The notes: generated by a model not told the origin, from the sequence alone. A stretch of DNA of 64,000 bases from Eledone cirrhosa (GCA_964016885.1 OZ024742.1:94798001-94862000); one strand, 5' to 3'. Positions 1 to 13,314 are shown, counted from the first letter of the stretch. Numbers and translations are program-made.

Positions 1-199
1 CTGTTTCACATGTCCTTTAAAGTCGTCCATTAGAGTCGTTCACAGCTAGTAGAATGCCTACACATCCTACCCCATTGTCATTTTCTATGCAGTAGATTTT
101 ATATCTAAGTTGCTTGCCCGTGATTAGTCTCACTGAGGCCCCCCCTCCCCCCCATCTCATTTCTTGTACACAGCATACATCTCCTCTTCTCTCTAACAG

Positions 200-265
200 T
201 TATAGAATTGCAACTGATTTGTCTTTCAGGTTACCAACATTGAGGGTGGCAGTCCTGAGATTTGT
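200..265 (-). mobile_element. Short remnant of LINE APE endonuclease N-terminus (RTE-like)
   Basis: Minus-strand translation LRTATLNVGNLKDKS resembles the conserved APE start motif (LxIxTxNVxxL). Confidence 0.4.
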
Positions 266-456
266 GCCTTGATAGTTATTTATTTTGTTAGAGGTTCTAA
301 GTACTTGAAAAGGATAGTGGTTGTGCAATTGATATGTGTGTGAGAATGTGTCTAAACATAGACCCCCCACACCCTCACACACACATATATACATGCATAC
401 ACATATACTTACATGCATAAGCATAAACATAAACCTACATATATACATAGATCTGC

Positions 457-502
<46 letters not shown>

Positions 503-984
503 AATTGCCAAACTAGTTTAGTTATAGATTGCCTGTAGCACTCTGACACATCAATCATCAATTATGCTATCATTGGACCTCAACTGTTTCTCAGGAGTTA
601 TATATATAACTTTGTTACATTGTCAGATCATATTTTCTTTATATTCATTATCCTAGCACAACTGTTACTAATTATACAACTCATTTGAAACACAGATACA
701 GTGTATGTCTGAATTTCATCATCATCATCATATCGTTTTTATGCCTATTTTTCCATACTTGCATAGGTTGGCCAAGTCTTCTCCAGCACAGCTTCCTTCT
801 CTTGTTGCATTCCTTCATCTTATTTGTGAGGTTTATTGTTCTGAAATTGGCTCTGAACACTCTTGTCCAGGATTTCCAGCAGTTTCCATCTACTAGGAAC
901 ACTGGAACTTCACTCGATGATGATGATCATCATTTGTTATCCATTTTTCCATGCTTGCATGGGTTGAATGGGTCAGATCATCCA

Positions 985-1193
985 TGATTCATATGGTCAG
1001 ATGGGGCTACAAGACCGGCCCAACCATCTGCGAATGCGGAGAGGAGGACCATACAATGCAGCACTGCCTTGTTTGCCCTCTACTAACCAACCAGTGCAAG
1101 ATCTCGCAAAATTTAATAATAATGCAAAGGACCGTGTAAAGAAATGGGAAACTGTCATATAACCACATGCTTCGAAGATACGAAAAGAAGAAG
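985..1193 (+). mobile_element. 3' end of a non-LTR retrotransposon with C-terminal zinc motif (Ingi/Vingi- or RTEX-like)
   Basis: WGYKTGPTICECGEEDHTMQHCLVCP (C-x-C-x7-H-x3-C type motif), followed by a short 3' region ending in a (GAA)n-like tail. Confidence 0.55.
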
Positions 1194-1599
1194 ATTCATC
1201 ATTCAAGTGCATGATCATTAAACATTAAACAGAGCATGCTCCCTTCATTTCTCTCCCACCTCCACCTATCCTCTGCATTCACTGCCTATGTCTCATTACT
1301 ATACAAGATAGCAATATAATAAACTACATTTTTCAAATTATATTTTGTTCTACCTATGCATTTTTACATTACTATTTGGTCAAGGAACCAGAAAATATCC
1401 CACTAAGCATATCATCTAATGATTCTGCCAATTTGCTAGACTTGTTGCAAATTGCAGCCAAATAAATTTCCCTAAAATGACACCTTACTTTCTTAGAAAA
1501 GGGATACCCTGTGCCTGGAAAAAGACTGGATGATATTATGTGGAAAATATTTAATAATATACCTGCTTCAATATGGGTTATCATGTAGCTAAACAATGA

Positions 1600-2510
1600 C
1601 AGCCTGAGCAAAGTTAACCACAGTAGGATTTGAACTCAGAATGTAAAAACCTGGAATATAAACTGCAAAGTGTCTTGTCCAATGCTTTAACAGTTTTACA
1701 AGTTCAACATTCAGGTTTGATATTTTATTGTCCCTGAAAGTTCATCTTGGTAGCAATTAAACTCAGGCACAGGGAACCAGCAAAAATATTCTGAGCTGCA
1801 AGATTAGTTTAACAAATCTTTCCTTCTTCTTGATAATAACTTAAGATGATGATGATCTCATTAACAACGACAACAATGGCTTTTAATTGAAGCATATGAC
1901 CAGCAGTTCTTGAAGGAAGGGTAAAGTTATTTAAATCAACTCCAGTATTTGTTTCACTATTTAATGTATTAAACCAGAAGAATGAAAAGATAAGTTGAAC
2001 TCAACAAAACTATTTTATCTGACAGTCTCACGATTCTGCCAATCCAAAAGATTGGCAGAATGGATAGTCCATTAGAGAAAATGCCTAGTGGTATTTAGTT
2101 CAGGCTCTGTACATTCTGATTTGAAGCCCCACTGAAGTCAATAAAATAAAGTACCAGTCAAGTAATTGGGGACATTTAGTCAACAGGTCCCTGCTTCCCA
2201 AATTTCTGGCCTTGTGCATATGTGAAAAAAAAATCAATGCTAATAATAATTTCTAATTTAGGCATAAGGCAAACGGCTTTTGTAGGAGGGGGAAGGTGAT
2301 TGCCTCAGCCCCAGTATTTGACCAGTACTTTATTTTAACAACCCTGGAAGGATGAAAGGCAAAGTTCACCTCAGAGGGATTTGAACACAGAAGTCAATGT
2401 TGCCTTTCAACTTTCTGCAGACAGTAATGTACCAGTCAAGTACTGTAGTACATTATATTAGATATTCCCTGCCCATAATTTGTTCTGGCTTTGTGTCAAT
2501 GTAAGAAAAC
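1600..2510. mobile_element. Cluster of old, degenerate tRNA-derived SINE fragments (family 2-like), both orientations
   Basis: Recurrent motifs GGATTTGAACTCAG, GGATGAAAGGCAAAGTT, AATAAAGTACCAGT and GGCCTTGTGC shared with the younger copies at 6.8, 8.0 and 57.6 kb. Confidence 0.6.
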
Positions 2511-2749
2511 AACAACAACGAATATAGTAATAAATTTATAAAATTACTTAATTTCATCTTTTATTAAGAATGGTTATTTTATAGCTAACTAACCAGCCAG
2601 CCAGCACTACATTCTCACATACCATTCAAATAAAATAGGCCACAGTAGGATCTGAATTCAGAACAAAATGAACTGGAACAAATACGACAAAGAATTTTGT
2701 CCAATGTGCTAATAATTCTGCAAATGCAATTTCCTGCTTTATTATTTTA

Positions 2750-4080
2750 TAACCAACCAACGATCCACCCATCCCTCAATCTAACCAACCTGCCTGTCAG
2801 CGACAAAACATCCAGCCATATAACCCATTCACAAACCAGCCAGCCAGCCAACGAAACATTGAGTCAACCCATTAACCAACCATCCAACCATCAACCTATA
2901 ATCAACCCTTCAACTCACCAACCAGCCAACCATCAACCCACCAACTCACCAGCCAGCCAACCATCAACCTACAACCAACTCACCAGCCAGCCAACCATCA
3001 ACCTACAACCAACTCACCAGCCAGCCAACCATCAACCTACAACCAACTCACCAGCCAGCCAACCATCAACCTACAACCAACTCACCAACCAGCCAACCAT
3101 CAACCTACAACCAACTCACCAGCCAGCCAACCATCAACCCACCAACTCACCAGCCAGCCAACCATCAACCTACAACCAACTCACCAACCAGCCAACCATC
3201 AACCTACAACCAAATCACCAGCCAGCCAACCATCAACCCACCAACTCACCAGCCAGCCAACCATCAACCTACAACCAACTCACCAGCCAGCCAACCATCA
3301 ACCCACCAACTTACCAGCCAGCCAACCATCAACCTACAACCAACTCACCAGCCAGCCAACCATCAACCTACAATCAACTCACCAACCAGCCAACCATCAA
3401 CCTACAATCAACCAACCAACCAGCCAACCATCAACCTACAATCAACCAACCAACCAGCCAACCATCAACCTACAATCAACCAGCCAACCAGCCAACTGAT
3501 CAACTAATGACATAATCTTCCAGTCAGTCATTCACACAACTATACACCAGCCAACCAAACAATCAACCACCCTCCAGGAAACCAGCCAGGCATTTAGCCA
3601 ACCAACCAACCATGTAAACAACCATCTAGCCAGCTAGCTATTCAATTAACCCTCCAACCAACCAGCCAACCAAATAGTGTATCATGTAAACAACCAGCCA
3701 ACAACCAGCAATGCAACAAATGTACCAAATATCTATCCAATCAAGCAACCGACCAGCCCACCATCCTGCCAACCAACCTCCAGCCAACAAATCGACCAGT
3801 CTCCATCCTGCCAACCAACCAGCCAGCTAACAAACTGACCAGACCGCCAGCCCTCCCACCAGCCATCTAGCCAACAAACCGACCAGCAAACCAGCCCTCC
3901 AACCAACCATCCAGCCAACAAACCGACCAGCCACCATCCTGCCAACCAACCAGCCAGCCAACCAACCGACCAGCCCTCCAACCAGCCATCTAGCCAACAA
4001 ACCGACCAGCACACCATCCCTCCAACCAACCAGCCAGCCAACCAACCAACCAGCCCTCCAACCAACCAACCAACCAGTAC
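2750..4080. repeat. Compound (CCAA/CCAG)n-derived minisatellite; 31-34 bp units at ~2910-3490
   Basis: Unit CCAACTCACCAGCCAGCCAACCATCAACCTACAA and a shorter ...CATCAACCCA variant repeated in tandem. ORFs 2697-3515 and 3733-4107 are translations of this repeat. Confidence 0.9.
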
Positions 4081-4507
4081 TCCATTCTCACACCCCATTG
4101 CATCCATCTACAATTGTAGAAATATTAAACCACTCCTGTTTATCAAGCTACTGTATCAGCAATAACAACAATACAGAAAACACTACAATAATTACCTCAA
4201 GAGATTGGCGCCAATTAACTGAAAAATGTCTTTTGTGTTTCTTTTCCTACTTTCCTAGATTTCTTTATATTTTTGTTTATATATCTTTTATATTTCTAAC
4301 ATCTTTTTATTATGATTTGTTGTTTTCTTTTTTTCTTCCTTTATTTATTTATTTTCTCTCTCTGATCTTGGAATTTTTCTGATTTCATCAGAACTTGGAT
4401 ATATGAGAGAGAGAGGGGAGGGGGGGGGGGGCAATGGAAAGAGAGAGAAAATAAATAATATACAGGAATAATAATAATATATATATATATATACACGTGT
4501 GTATGTG

Positions 4508-5182
4508 TATCATCATCATCATCATCAACGTTTAACGTCCGTGTTCCACGCTTGCATGGGTTTGGACGGGGGTAGTCCCACTTGAGGCAGGAGTGATTGT
4601 CTTGCTCGCATAGGACTGTCTGGCAGGTTTTCTACAGTTGGATGCCCTTCCTAACACCAACCACATTTACAGTGTGGGTCTGGGAGGTTTTTACCGTGTT
4701 GCCTACACGGCCACATTACAGCGTGGACTGTGTGTTTTTTTGTCGTGACACCTACACGATCTCATTTGTTTCGGCCTGGATGGCGCGGCACCAACATAAC
4801 TTTACATAGAACGGGGTGGTGTGGAAGGGGTGGGGGTGGTGGCGGGACGGGGTGTATTTTGTTAGAGATGCCTACTGGCAAGGCGGGTCTTCTCTGTTAC
4901 TGAGTACCGCCAAAGGTCTCGGTCCAGTGACATTGTCTTGGAGAGGTGTAAGTGTGTGAGGTCGGAGTTTATCAGCTCATCCCATGTTTTTCTAGGTCTG
5001 CCTATTCCGTGGCTACCGTCTATCTTTATTGCCCTGCACTTTGTTATACAGCTATCGACTTTCATGCGCATCACGTGTCCATACCAACGCAGCCTTCTCT
5101 CGAGTAAACAACATCTGATCCCTCTTATCTCTAATTTTTTCCTTAGTTCGTTTATGCTTTGCCGTTCACGTATATTACTGTT

Positions 5183-5187
<5 letters not shown>
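4508..5187 (-). mobile_element. RTE-clade LINE 3' fragment (family A)
   Basis: [10 protein letters not shown]...[12 protein letters not shown]...GRPRKTW...DRDLWR C-terminus, 3' UTR and (GAT)n tail; flanked by (TA)n. Confidence 0.92.
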
Positions 5188-5218
<31 letters not shown>

Positions 5219-5222
5219 GTGT

Positions 5223-5255
<33 letters not shown>

Positions 5256-6049
5256 CATGTGTGTATGTGTATATATATATATATATGTGTGTATGTGTAT
5301 ATATATATATATAAAACTGAAAAAAAACTATGGCTATATATATATTTATGATAATGGTTAAGATTCTGCTAAAACAATGAAGAATATATTAAATGTTAAT
5401 ATATAGTGATGCAGTTATTTAGCTAAACTGCCACATTGACATACATGCTCTCATAAATACACTGTCACAAATATGCCTACAAGAAGGCACAATTACAAGC
5501 TCTCAATAAAACAATGCTAAGAAATCTGCATAACAGACAGTATATATGCACATGTACCCATATACACATACACACACACAAGCACACACACACACACTCA
5601 TATATGTACACATATCTAGACACAAGCACACATGTTCACATAAACACCAATGTGCATGCATACACATGTACACATACAGACTATATTCTATATTCTACAT
5701 TAATATATCATCATTATCATCGTTTTTATGTCCACTTTCCCTGCTAGCAAGGGCTGGATGGGTCTACATAGACCAAGTCAGTACTGAAGCTGATTTTCTA
5801 GACAGGCCAAGGATCTGCATCTCATTTATGTATGGTGTGCATACATGTGTGTATGTATGTATGTGTGTATATCTATCTATCTGTATATATACACTGTAAA
5901 CATGGTTGGTGTTAGGAAGGGCATCCAGCTGTAGCAAACCTACCAGACAGTCCTATATGAGCAAGACATCCAATCTTGCCTCAAGTGGGACAATTCCCGT
6001 CTAAACCCATGCTAGCATGGAAGATAGACGTTAAACGACGATGATAATA

Positions 6050-6166
6050 TATATAGAAAGGGCTTCTACAGGACTAGAACTGTTTCATTTGGGAGAAATC
6101 ATCAGGAAGCCCTGATGATTTCTCCTGAATGAAACAGTTCTAGTCCTGTAGAAGCCTTTTCTATAT
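6050..6166. repeat. Foldback inverted repeat (~55-bp arms, 4-nt spacer), Penelope pLTR-like
   Basis: ATATAGAAAGGGCTTCTACAGG...TCATCAGG / CCTGATGA...CCTGTAGAAGCCTTTTCTATAT, near-perfect reverse complements. Confidence 0.9.
6059..6113 (-). ncRNA. Type I hammerhead ribozyme motif, core intact
   Basis: Minus strand reads AGGGCUUC-CUGAUGA-UUUCUCCCAAAU-GAAA-CAG-UUCUAGUC-CUG-UA-GAAGCCCU: 8-bp stem I, conserved core, stem III, GUA cleavage triplet. Stem II is weak, with U-U at its base. Confidence 0.75.
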
Positions 6167-6499
6167 TAAATATTTATACTCTGCTTTGTATTGAATACCT
6201 TACTTACTGTGGTTACCCCCGATCGAACGCGTGATATACTTATATATATATCAAACATTACACGCACGCACACACGCAGATCAAGAAATACACACACAAA
6301 TCTAATCTTGTCATCACTGTTTTTATGTTATTTCAATAAAATAATTTCAGTTTTTGACATAATTAATAGTGACTGTTACATTGTAATTGTTATAGCACTA
6401 CCACTCCCTATATCAGTTTGGGCTTCCTCATAATTTTTATTCATAATGTTTTATATATATTATATGGTTTTTTTTTATTACACGTGAGATGTTTGCAGG

Positions 6500-6810
6500 G
6501 TGAATATATACATATATATATATATTTGTTTATATATGTGTGAAAATGTGTACATATACATATGTGCACACACACACACACATATATATATATATGTATA
6601 AACATGTATATATGTTTGTATGTATGTATATGTATAAATATGTATATATGTTTGTATGTATATATATATGTATATATGCATATGTGTGTGTGTATGTATA
6701 TATATGTGTGTGTGTATGTGTATATATGTGTGTGTGTGTGTGTGTATGTGTGTGTGTGTGTATATATGTGTATGTGTGAGTGTGTGTATATATATGTGCA
6801 TATATATATA
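6500..6810. repeat. (TA)/(TG) compound microsatellite
   Basis: Seen directly; source of the YI/CV pseudo-ORFs. Confidence 0.95.
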
Positions 6811-6997
6811 ATTGTTTCTACTTTAGGCACAAGGCCAGCAATTACCCAGTGCATTACTGGTACTTTATTTTATCGACCCCGTGAGGATGAAAGGCAAAGT
6901 CAACCTCGGCGGGATTTGAACTCAGATCATAAAGGGACGTAACTATGCTGGAAAGCATGGCGTCCGACCCTCTACCGATACTGCCAATCCACCGCCC
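6810..6997 (-). mobile_element. tRNA-derived SINE family 2
   Basis: Minus strand has A-box-like TGGCAGTATCGG, B-box GAGTTCAAATCC and central GCCTTTCATCC...GGGTCGATAAAATAAAGTACC; multiple copies in the window. Confidence 0.85.
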
Positions 6998-7556
6998 TGT
7001 GTATATATATATATAATGAAATATATGGAGAATAGAAATAGCTGTGTAGTTGCTATTTAAGGTAACTTAAAATGCAGTGGGAATACGAAGAAAGCAAGAA
7101 CAGTGGAGGGGGGGGGGGGGGGGTCCTCATGAGTTGTCTACTGGGGGTCTAGGATATTTCTACGCTTTAAAGACAAGATACCACTTCATCCCAGGGTGTC
7201 AATAACTGGATAAGTTATTGGGAAAACAAAGGAAGGAGAGAAGGAAAGCAAAGGGGAAGAAAAGAGAAAAGAGTAACAAAACAGCGAAAAAACCCCACAA
7301 ACCGAGCAATGTGCGAGCAGCTATAGGTAGGAGATCGAAGACCACTCGATAAGAGAACTTAAGTTCAAGACTGAGTGGTCGAGAGGAGAAAGACACATCC
7401 ATCATCACAGTTGTAAGTGAGAAGAGAACTGCTAAACGATCAGGCGAGGGGGGAGAGGGAGAAAGTGGGGTAAGAGTAGATAGGGAGAAAGAGAGGGGAA
7501 GAAAGAGGAGTGACAATAGAAAGTAGCGAAATAGCTAGGTAGAACAGATATATATA

Positions 7557-7890
7557 CATGGCTTAGTGGTTAGAGCATTGGCCTTGAAATTGAAAAGTTG
7601 TGAGTTCAATTCTCAGACTGGGTGATGTGTTGTTTACTTGAGCAAGACACTTTATTTCACATTGCTCCAGTTTACTCAGCTGTAGAAATGAGATGATAGG
7701 GACTGAGGTCCCTATCATTCCACTGCAAAGTGGTCATGGAGGCACCACGGAAAAAAGCACCCAGCACTCACTGTAAATGAGGTTGGTGTTAGGAAGGGCA
7801 TCCAGCTGTAGAAATCAAGCCAGAATCAGTTCCCGTCCCACCCTTGCAAGCAGGGAAAAGTGGACGTAAAATGATGATGATGATGATGAT
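7557..7890 (+). mobile_element. tRNA-derived SINE family 1 with RTE-derived 3' tail
   Basis: A box TGGCTTAGTGG, B box GAGTTCAATTC, conserved body, tail CCCACCCTTGCAAGCAGGGAAAAG..GGACGTAAAA(TGA)n. Confidence 0.9.
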
Positions 7891-8019
7891 ATATATCTGT
7901 CATTTTTTTTAACAAGTATCAACCAATTTCCATGTATATCCCACACATGAGGTAGCCAGTCCTTGTATACGATGTCTTCTTCATATGCAGACCTTGTGAT
8001 AAATAAATAGAATCATTAT

Positions 8020-8390
8020 TGGTGAATTGGCAGTATCCAGCATAGTTACGTCACTTTACGTCCCTTTACGATCTGAGTTCAAATCCCGTTTTAGGTTAAC
8101 TTTGCCTTTCATCCTTACAGGGTCGATAAAATAAAGTACCAGTAATATACTGGGATAATTGCTGGCCTTGTGCCAAAAGTAGAAACAATTATTACTATTG
8201 ACTGTACTAGGGTGGTGGATTGGCAGTATCGTTAGAGGTTCGGACGCCATGCTTTAACGCCCTTTCCATTCTGAGTTAAAATCCTGCCCAGGTTAGCTTT
8301 GCCTTTCATCCTTACGGGCTCGATAAAATAAAGTACCAGTAATGCACTGAGTTAATTTCCTGCCTTGTGCCAAAAGTAGAAACAATTATT
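8020..8390 (+). mobile_element. Two tandem copies of SINE family 2
   Basis: Units at ~8020-8192 and ~8210-8390, each ending TGTGCCAAAAGTAGAAACAATTATT. Confidence 0.85.
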
Positions 8391-9354
8391 AGTATTGGCT
8401 GACGAGAGACTTATTTCAGAGCTGACTGATTGTGATATTTTTTCTTTGTGGTAGATATTTGTTACTCAATTTTTTTTCCTTTTTACTTTTTATAGAATAT
8501 TGGGTGTGGCAATTGAAAAAAAGTTGTAATTTTTTCATAAATAAAAGAAAACTAAACAATATAATATGTTCCCTAAAAGAACAAAAAAACAAAACATGCT
8601 TTTCTCCTCTGAAAAATAATAATAAAAACATCATGGGTGAGATAAAACATTCTTAATTGGAGAATTGACTGATGATATGATTGATTTTTTTTATATTTGT
8701 AGAAATGGGGGAGGTTCATTGGAAAGTAGTGATCAAAGCTGGTTATGGCGGTGGTGAAGGTGTTTGTTTTGGTGACTTGAAGTGAATATGGTAATGGTGT
8801 TTGTGGTTGTGGCAGTTGTTTGTGGTATGGTTGTTGAGTGTAGTGTTGACAGTGGTGTTGTTGGAGGTGGCATTGCAGCTTGCTAGACTTTATGATGATG
8901 ATGGCGATACTGGTGTTGGTAGTCGGCAGTAGTTTTGGCGGCATTCATTGTTTATGGTTGTGTTGATAGTATTTCTGATAGTGGCTGGTAATGCTAGTGA
9001 TTGTGGTGATAGCGCTGATGTTAGATGTATAGTGTATTCTTGGGATTGTGTGCAGTAAATGTTTCTTTGCATTCTATTTCAAAATAGCCTCTTCAACAGA
9101 AGAAAAAAAATCACAGATAACTAAAACAAAAATGTGTAAAAATGGTCTAAAAATGAAGAGACAAAAGCTAAATAAATAACTGCACTCTCCAATTGTTTTT
9201 TTGCCTTCTGGCTGCACCTCTTGTGATGAATTCTATTATTTTGCTGCTCCTGCAGAAAAAAAGGCATCAAGAACATTTAATGACTGTTTCTTGATGTCAA
9301 TTCACCAATATAGAATTATTATTGGTAATATAATAGCACAATTATGGCAAAAAA

Positions 9355-10230
9355 ATATAATGATGATAACAATGATGATGATCATGATGATAATGATAAT
9401 AATAATAATAATAATAATAATAATTTAATGCAAAAAATATGATAATGATGATAATGATATATAGTGCAAAAATGTAATGATGATGATCAAATACAAAAAA
9501 ATAAATAAATAAAATAAAACAAAATAAAGGAAGCATAATAATAGAAAAGAAAAAAGAAACGGGACATGAAGAAAGATGGCAGGGAGAGGTTAAGTACCCA
9601 AGAGAAAAAAAAATAGACCCCCTAATAACTAGTCCATTGTGAAATGCCATTTATTTTTAGAGTTTCTTTGCTGCATAATTTACATTTCTTTATATTTATT
9701 TTATATTTGTGGTTTATTTTTTTTTTTTTTACTTTTGTTGGGTGTTATGCTGGCAGTAAAAATATTTTGCCGATTCTTGCGTGACTATCAATTTATTGAT
9801 TCCTCCTTCTTCTTCTTCAAGAGAAATCCCTTCTATCATCATCATAGTATGTTATAAAACTTCATCTGTAAATGTGTGTGTGTGTGTGTCGGTGGGTGTT
9901 TCGCTATCTTTCTCTGTTTTACTATGAATGTGCTTCTCTCTGTGTGTTACTCAGAGTAGGTTTCGTTTCTGTGTGTGTGTGTGTGTGTGCTGGCGTTTGA
10001 GTCGCTCACTCTCTCTCTCTTTCTCTTTCTCTCTCTTTCTCTCTCTTTCTTTCTCTATCTCTCTCTTTCTCTCTCTCTCTCTCTCTTTCTCTCTCTTTCT
10101 TTCTCTCTCTCTGTGTTCCTCTGTGTGTGGTGTTACCCAATGTAGGTGATTGTTTCTGCTTGAACATGTTTCTCTGTGTGTATTTCTCTCTCTCTCTCTC
10201 TCTGTGAGTCTCTCTGTATGTGTTTTGTTC
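9355..10230. repeat. Low-complexity (AAT/GAT)n, (TG)n and (CT)n tracts
   Basis: Seen directly. Confidence 0.85.
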
Positions 10231-11139
10231 TATGTGTTACTTAGTGTAAGTGTCTGTTTCTATTTGTATGTGTGTGTTAGAAAAGAGCAAATCAGTTAAT
10301 GAGGGAAGAATAAAAGGAATATAGCATGAAATGGTTAAGAAACAAAAAGAAATTGAGTATATTATGTAATTGTTTCTATTTATGTGTGTATAATTGTGCC
10401 CTCCACCCCACCCCCCCACCACACTTATATATATATATACAATGTATAATCATCTGTATGTGTGTATATGTATATATGCATGTATATATATATATATATA
10501 ATGTAGGCATGTATATGTACACATGTGTGTATATATGTGCATATATTTATGTGTATATGTATGTATATATACATATGTATCTGTGTGTGTGTATTGAACA
10601 ATGAAAATAATACAAAATCAAAAATAGGTTCTTAGTTCATCGTTTTACAATAGACTGTTTCTGAGGAAGATGGTGTGATGAATCAGGGATTTTGAGACTA
10701 GAAACAGGTAGGGGCATAACCTCTCCTGTCTGGTCAATATTTCAATAACCATGATCAATCAAACCTCTGAAACGATCGTAAAACAATGAACTATTTAAGA
10801 ATGTATCTTTGACATTTGTTTTATTTTCATTGTTCAATACACATATATATCTATAACTGACTCTGTAGTTTGAGCAGAACTTTTGAGGGAACCTTGTGTG
10901 ATGAGTCCCTAATACAGTACTCATTATAGTACTCATTGCCTAATGTCAAGGAAACCATCTCTTGAAGACCACATTGAGTTCTATCAATGGTATCAGCCCC
11001 ATTATAAACAGCTGGAACCGGCATACATATATGTATACATATATATATATATATGTATGTTCTTTTATTTTGTCATGTATTTCAACAGACAGACTGAGGC
11101 CATGCTTTGGCACCACCATTGATGCAACACTTTCTATAG

Positions 11140-12425
11140 CAATCCTTCCTTAGTTGACCATTGATTTAAAAGGAAGTTTTTAGCTGCCACACTTATTTGG
11201 GTTTCACCTCGTGCTTGGGTTCATGCAGGATCTTAGTTCGCAGAATGTTAAGATGCTTCTTGAAAACATGAACATGCACATCATGTAGATCTCTGATATT
11301 TTGGCAGATTATTAAAGAGCTGGGGTCCGTTGAGCAATAGACTATAGCAGTATCTGGTCCTTATGCTTGATGTGAAAGATGGGAAGTTTGCACTAAACTA
11401 TGGCATCCTCTTCATGGAATGGCCTAACTCTTAATGCTAAAATTTGGGGTCCAGCACTTTCAAGATCTTCCATATATATACATCACTGTGTCTCTCTCCC
11501 ATTTTTGCTCAAGGGAGTGGAGCTTTAGTTCTTTCAACCTCTCTGAGTAGCTCATCTCTTTCATTTAGGCAGTCTTCTTGGTGTAGCTTCATTGGATTCC
11601 TTCAAGTTCTGGGGGGTTAGTTTGACCCTCTGGGGCGACCACAGCTGAGAGCAAAAGTCCTCCAGAAGACCAACATTGTTTCTTGGTCTCTTACCTTGAA
11701 AGTCCTCAAAATCCAATCTGCCAGTCATTGTACATTGCTGTCATTTTGGTGATGTGTGCATGAAACAATGCATCATTACTCAGGTCCCATATTGATTTTG
11801 ACTAAGTGATTTTGAATTTTCCTGGTTTGGTGTACCTTTGTTTTAACAGCCCTGTGTTTGCAGGTTAATAGCAAAGGGCTTGTCCTTTTCCAGTATTAAA
11901 TTAAATTGCATATTTTTGTCCTTTTGCACTTGCATATGGATCTAAATCATCTTGCAAGAGAGTGGCATCAGCCAGTTTATGTGCCTGTGCTACTTTTGTG
12001 TCAGCAACATAGTTTCTGAGAGAGCATGTTTTGCTGAGCTACCACAAAGAGTAGTGGTCCTAAAACAGTTCCCTGGGGCACACCACTTGTTATTCATGTT
12101 TCTTTTGAGAGGGCACTGTTAACTGCAATAATCTGGCTTCTCTCTTTCAAGAAATCATGAAACTATTCACCAAATTTTCCAACTGTGCCAAATCTACGTA
12201 GTTTTTGACATATTTCATGATCAACTTCATAAAATGCCTTCACTCAGTCAAGATATATCACATCCTTTTTCAAATGGTCTAGCAGCTGTTTCAGTACCCA
12301 GTCATAATGCTGCAGGAAATGCATAGGGCAACTTCTACCTAGGCAAAAGCCATGCTGGGTGTTACCTTGAAGACCATTTTCCTCTAGAAAAGTGATCAGG
12401 TTCCTTCTGATGATTTGTTCCATGG
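11140..12425 (-). mobile_element. Decayed CR1/L2-group LINE ORF2 (RT plus C-terminus)
   Basis: Minus-strand motifs in the expected order, with stops and frameshifts: QHGFCLGRSC, VIYLD*VKAF, SGVPQGTVLGPLLF, YVADTK, LQDDLD, WILRTF, SYSERLKELKLHSL, NGPQLFNNLP. Confidence 0.85.
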
Positions 12426-12782
12426 CTTTGCTGTTATGTGTTGTATTCTATAGCATCTGCTCGGCTTGCTCCTTTATGCATAGGACATATGATGGCTTCT
12501 TTTAGTTTATCACTTGCAAGGGAACTAACAGAGTGGACTGCATGGTTTTTGTCATGTCACCACCTACATGGTGGACTGTGTGCTTTTTGTTGTGTCACCA
12601 GCACAACCACATTTCATGGTCAACTCAGTTTATTTTTTTCATGTAACAAACTTGACCATATATGATATATATATATATATCATCATCATCATCATTTTAC
12701 GTCCACTTTTCCCTGTTTGCAAGGGTGGGACAGGATATTGGAAAATGTGTTAAATCCTTGGTACAGTTAGGTATATTTAAAA

Positions 12783-13071
12783 AAAGGAAAATAATGACTT
12801 CACTTGTAGTTCTAAACAATTTAATTTAATTTCATAATATCATATTAGGATTTTACAATTTGGTTTTGTAGATCTAGTAAGTTCTTTGTTACCTTCAGTG
12901 GGGAGATTTTTAAAGATTCCTGGTTAACTTTCCTGGAATCTTGAAAAATCTCCCGACCAAAGTTAACAAAGAACTTACTAATCTACAAAACCAAATTGTA
13001 AAATCATATTATAATATTATAAAATTAAATTAAATTGTTTAGAACTACAAGTGAAGTCATTATTTTCCTTT
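12783..13071. repeat. Foldback inverted repeat, ~138-bp arms, ~14-nt spacer
   Basis: AAAGGAAAATAATGACTTCACTTGTAGTTCTAAACAATTT...GATTCC mirrored by GGAATC...AAATTGTTTAGAACTACAAGTGAAGTCATTATTTTCCTTT. Confidence 0.9.
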
Positions 13072-13124
13072 ATATATATATAACAAGTACGTATGTATAT
13101 ATAAGTATGTATGTATATATGAAT

Positions 13125-13255
13125 TGTTTCTGTAGCTTCCATCTACCAAATTCCACTCACAAGGTATAGATCAACCTGAGCATATAGCAGAAGATTCTGT
13201 CCCAAAGTGCCACACAATGGCTATGTGTGGTGAAGCAAACTCCTTAACCACACAC
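13125..13255 (-). mobile_element. Degenerate tRNA-derived SINE family 3 (related remnants at ~19160-19300, 22695-22855, 25290-25380, 30150-30250, 38480-38640)
   Basis: Shared motifs TTCCATCTACCAAATTCCACTCACAAGG and GCAAACTCCTTAACCAC (reverse-complement A box). Confidence 0.65.
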
Positions 13256-13256
13256 G

Positions 13257-13314
<58 letters not shown>

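Noticed and set aside
2900-3500. CRISPR-like regular repeats
   Set aside because: Tandem units with no unique spacers; eukaryotic context; no cas genes.
2697-3515. 272-aa Q/P/T/N-rich ORF resembling a mucin or shell-type repeat protein
   Set aside because: C/A-rich minisatellite that lacks stops by composition; unit lengths of 31/34 bp are not multiples of 3.
9170-9260. Minus-strand exon after a strong TTTTTTTCTGCAG acceptor
   Set aside because: No convincing donor and no recognisable peptide.
12090-12400. Restriction-like endonuclease LINE motifs (LTVP, HYDWVL)
   Set aside because: The correct frames give collinear CR1-group RT motifs (QHGF, LDxxKAF, GVPQG).
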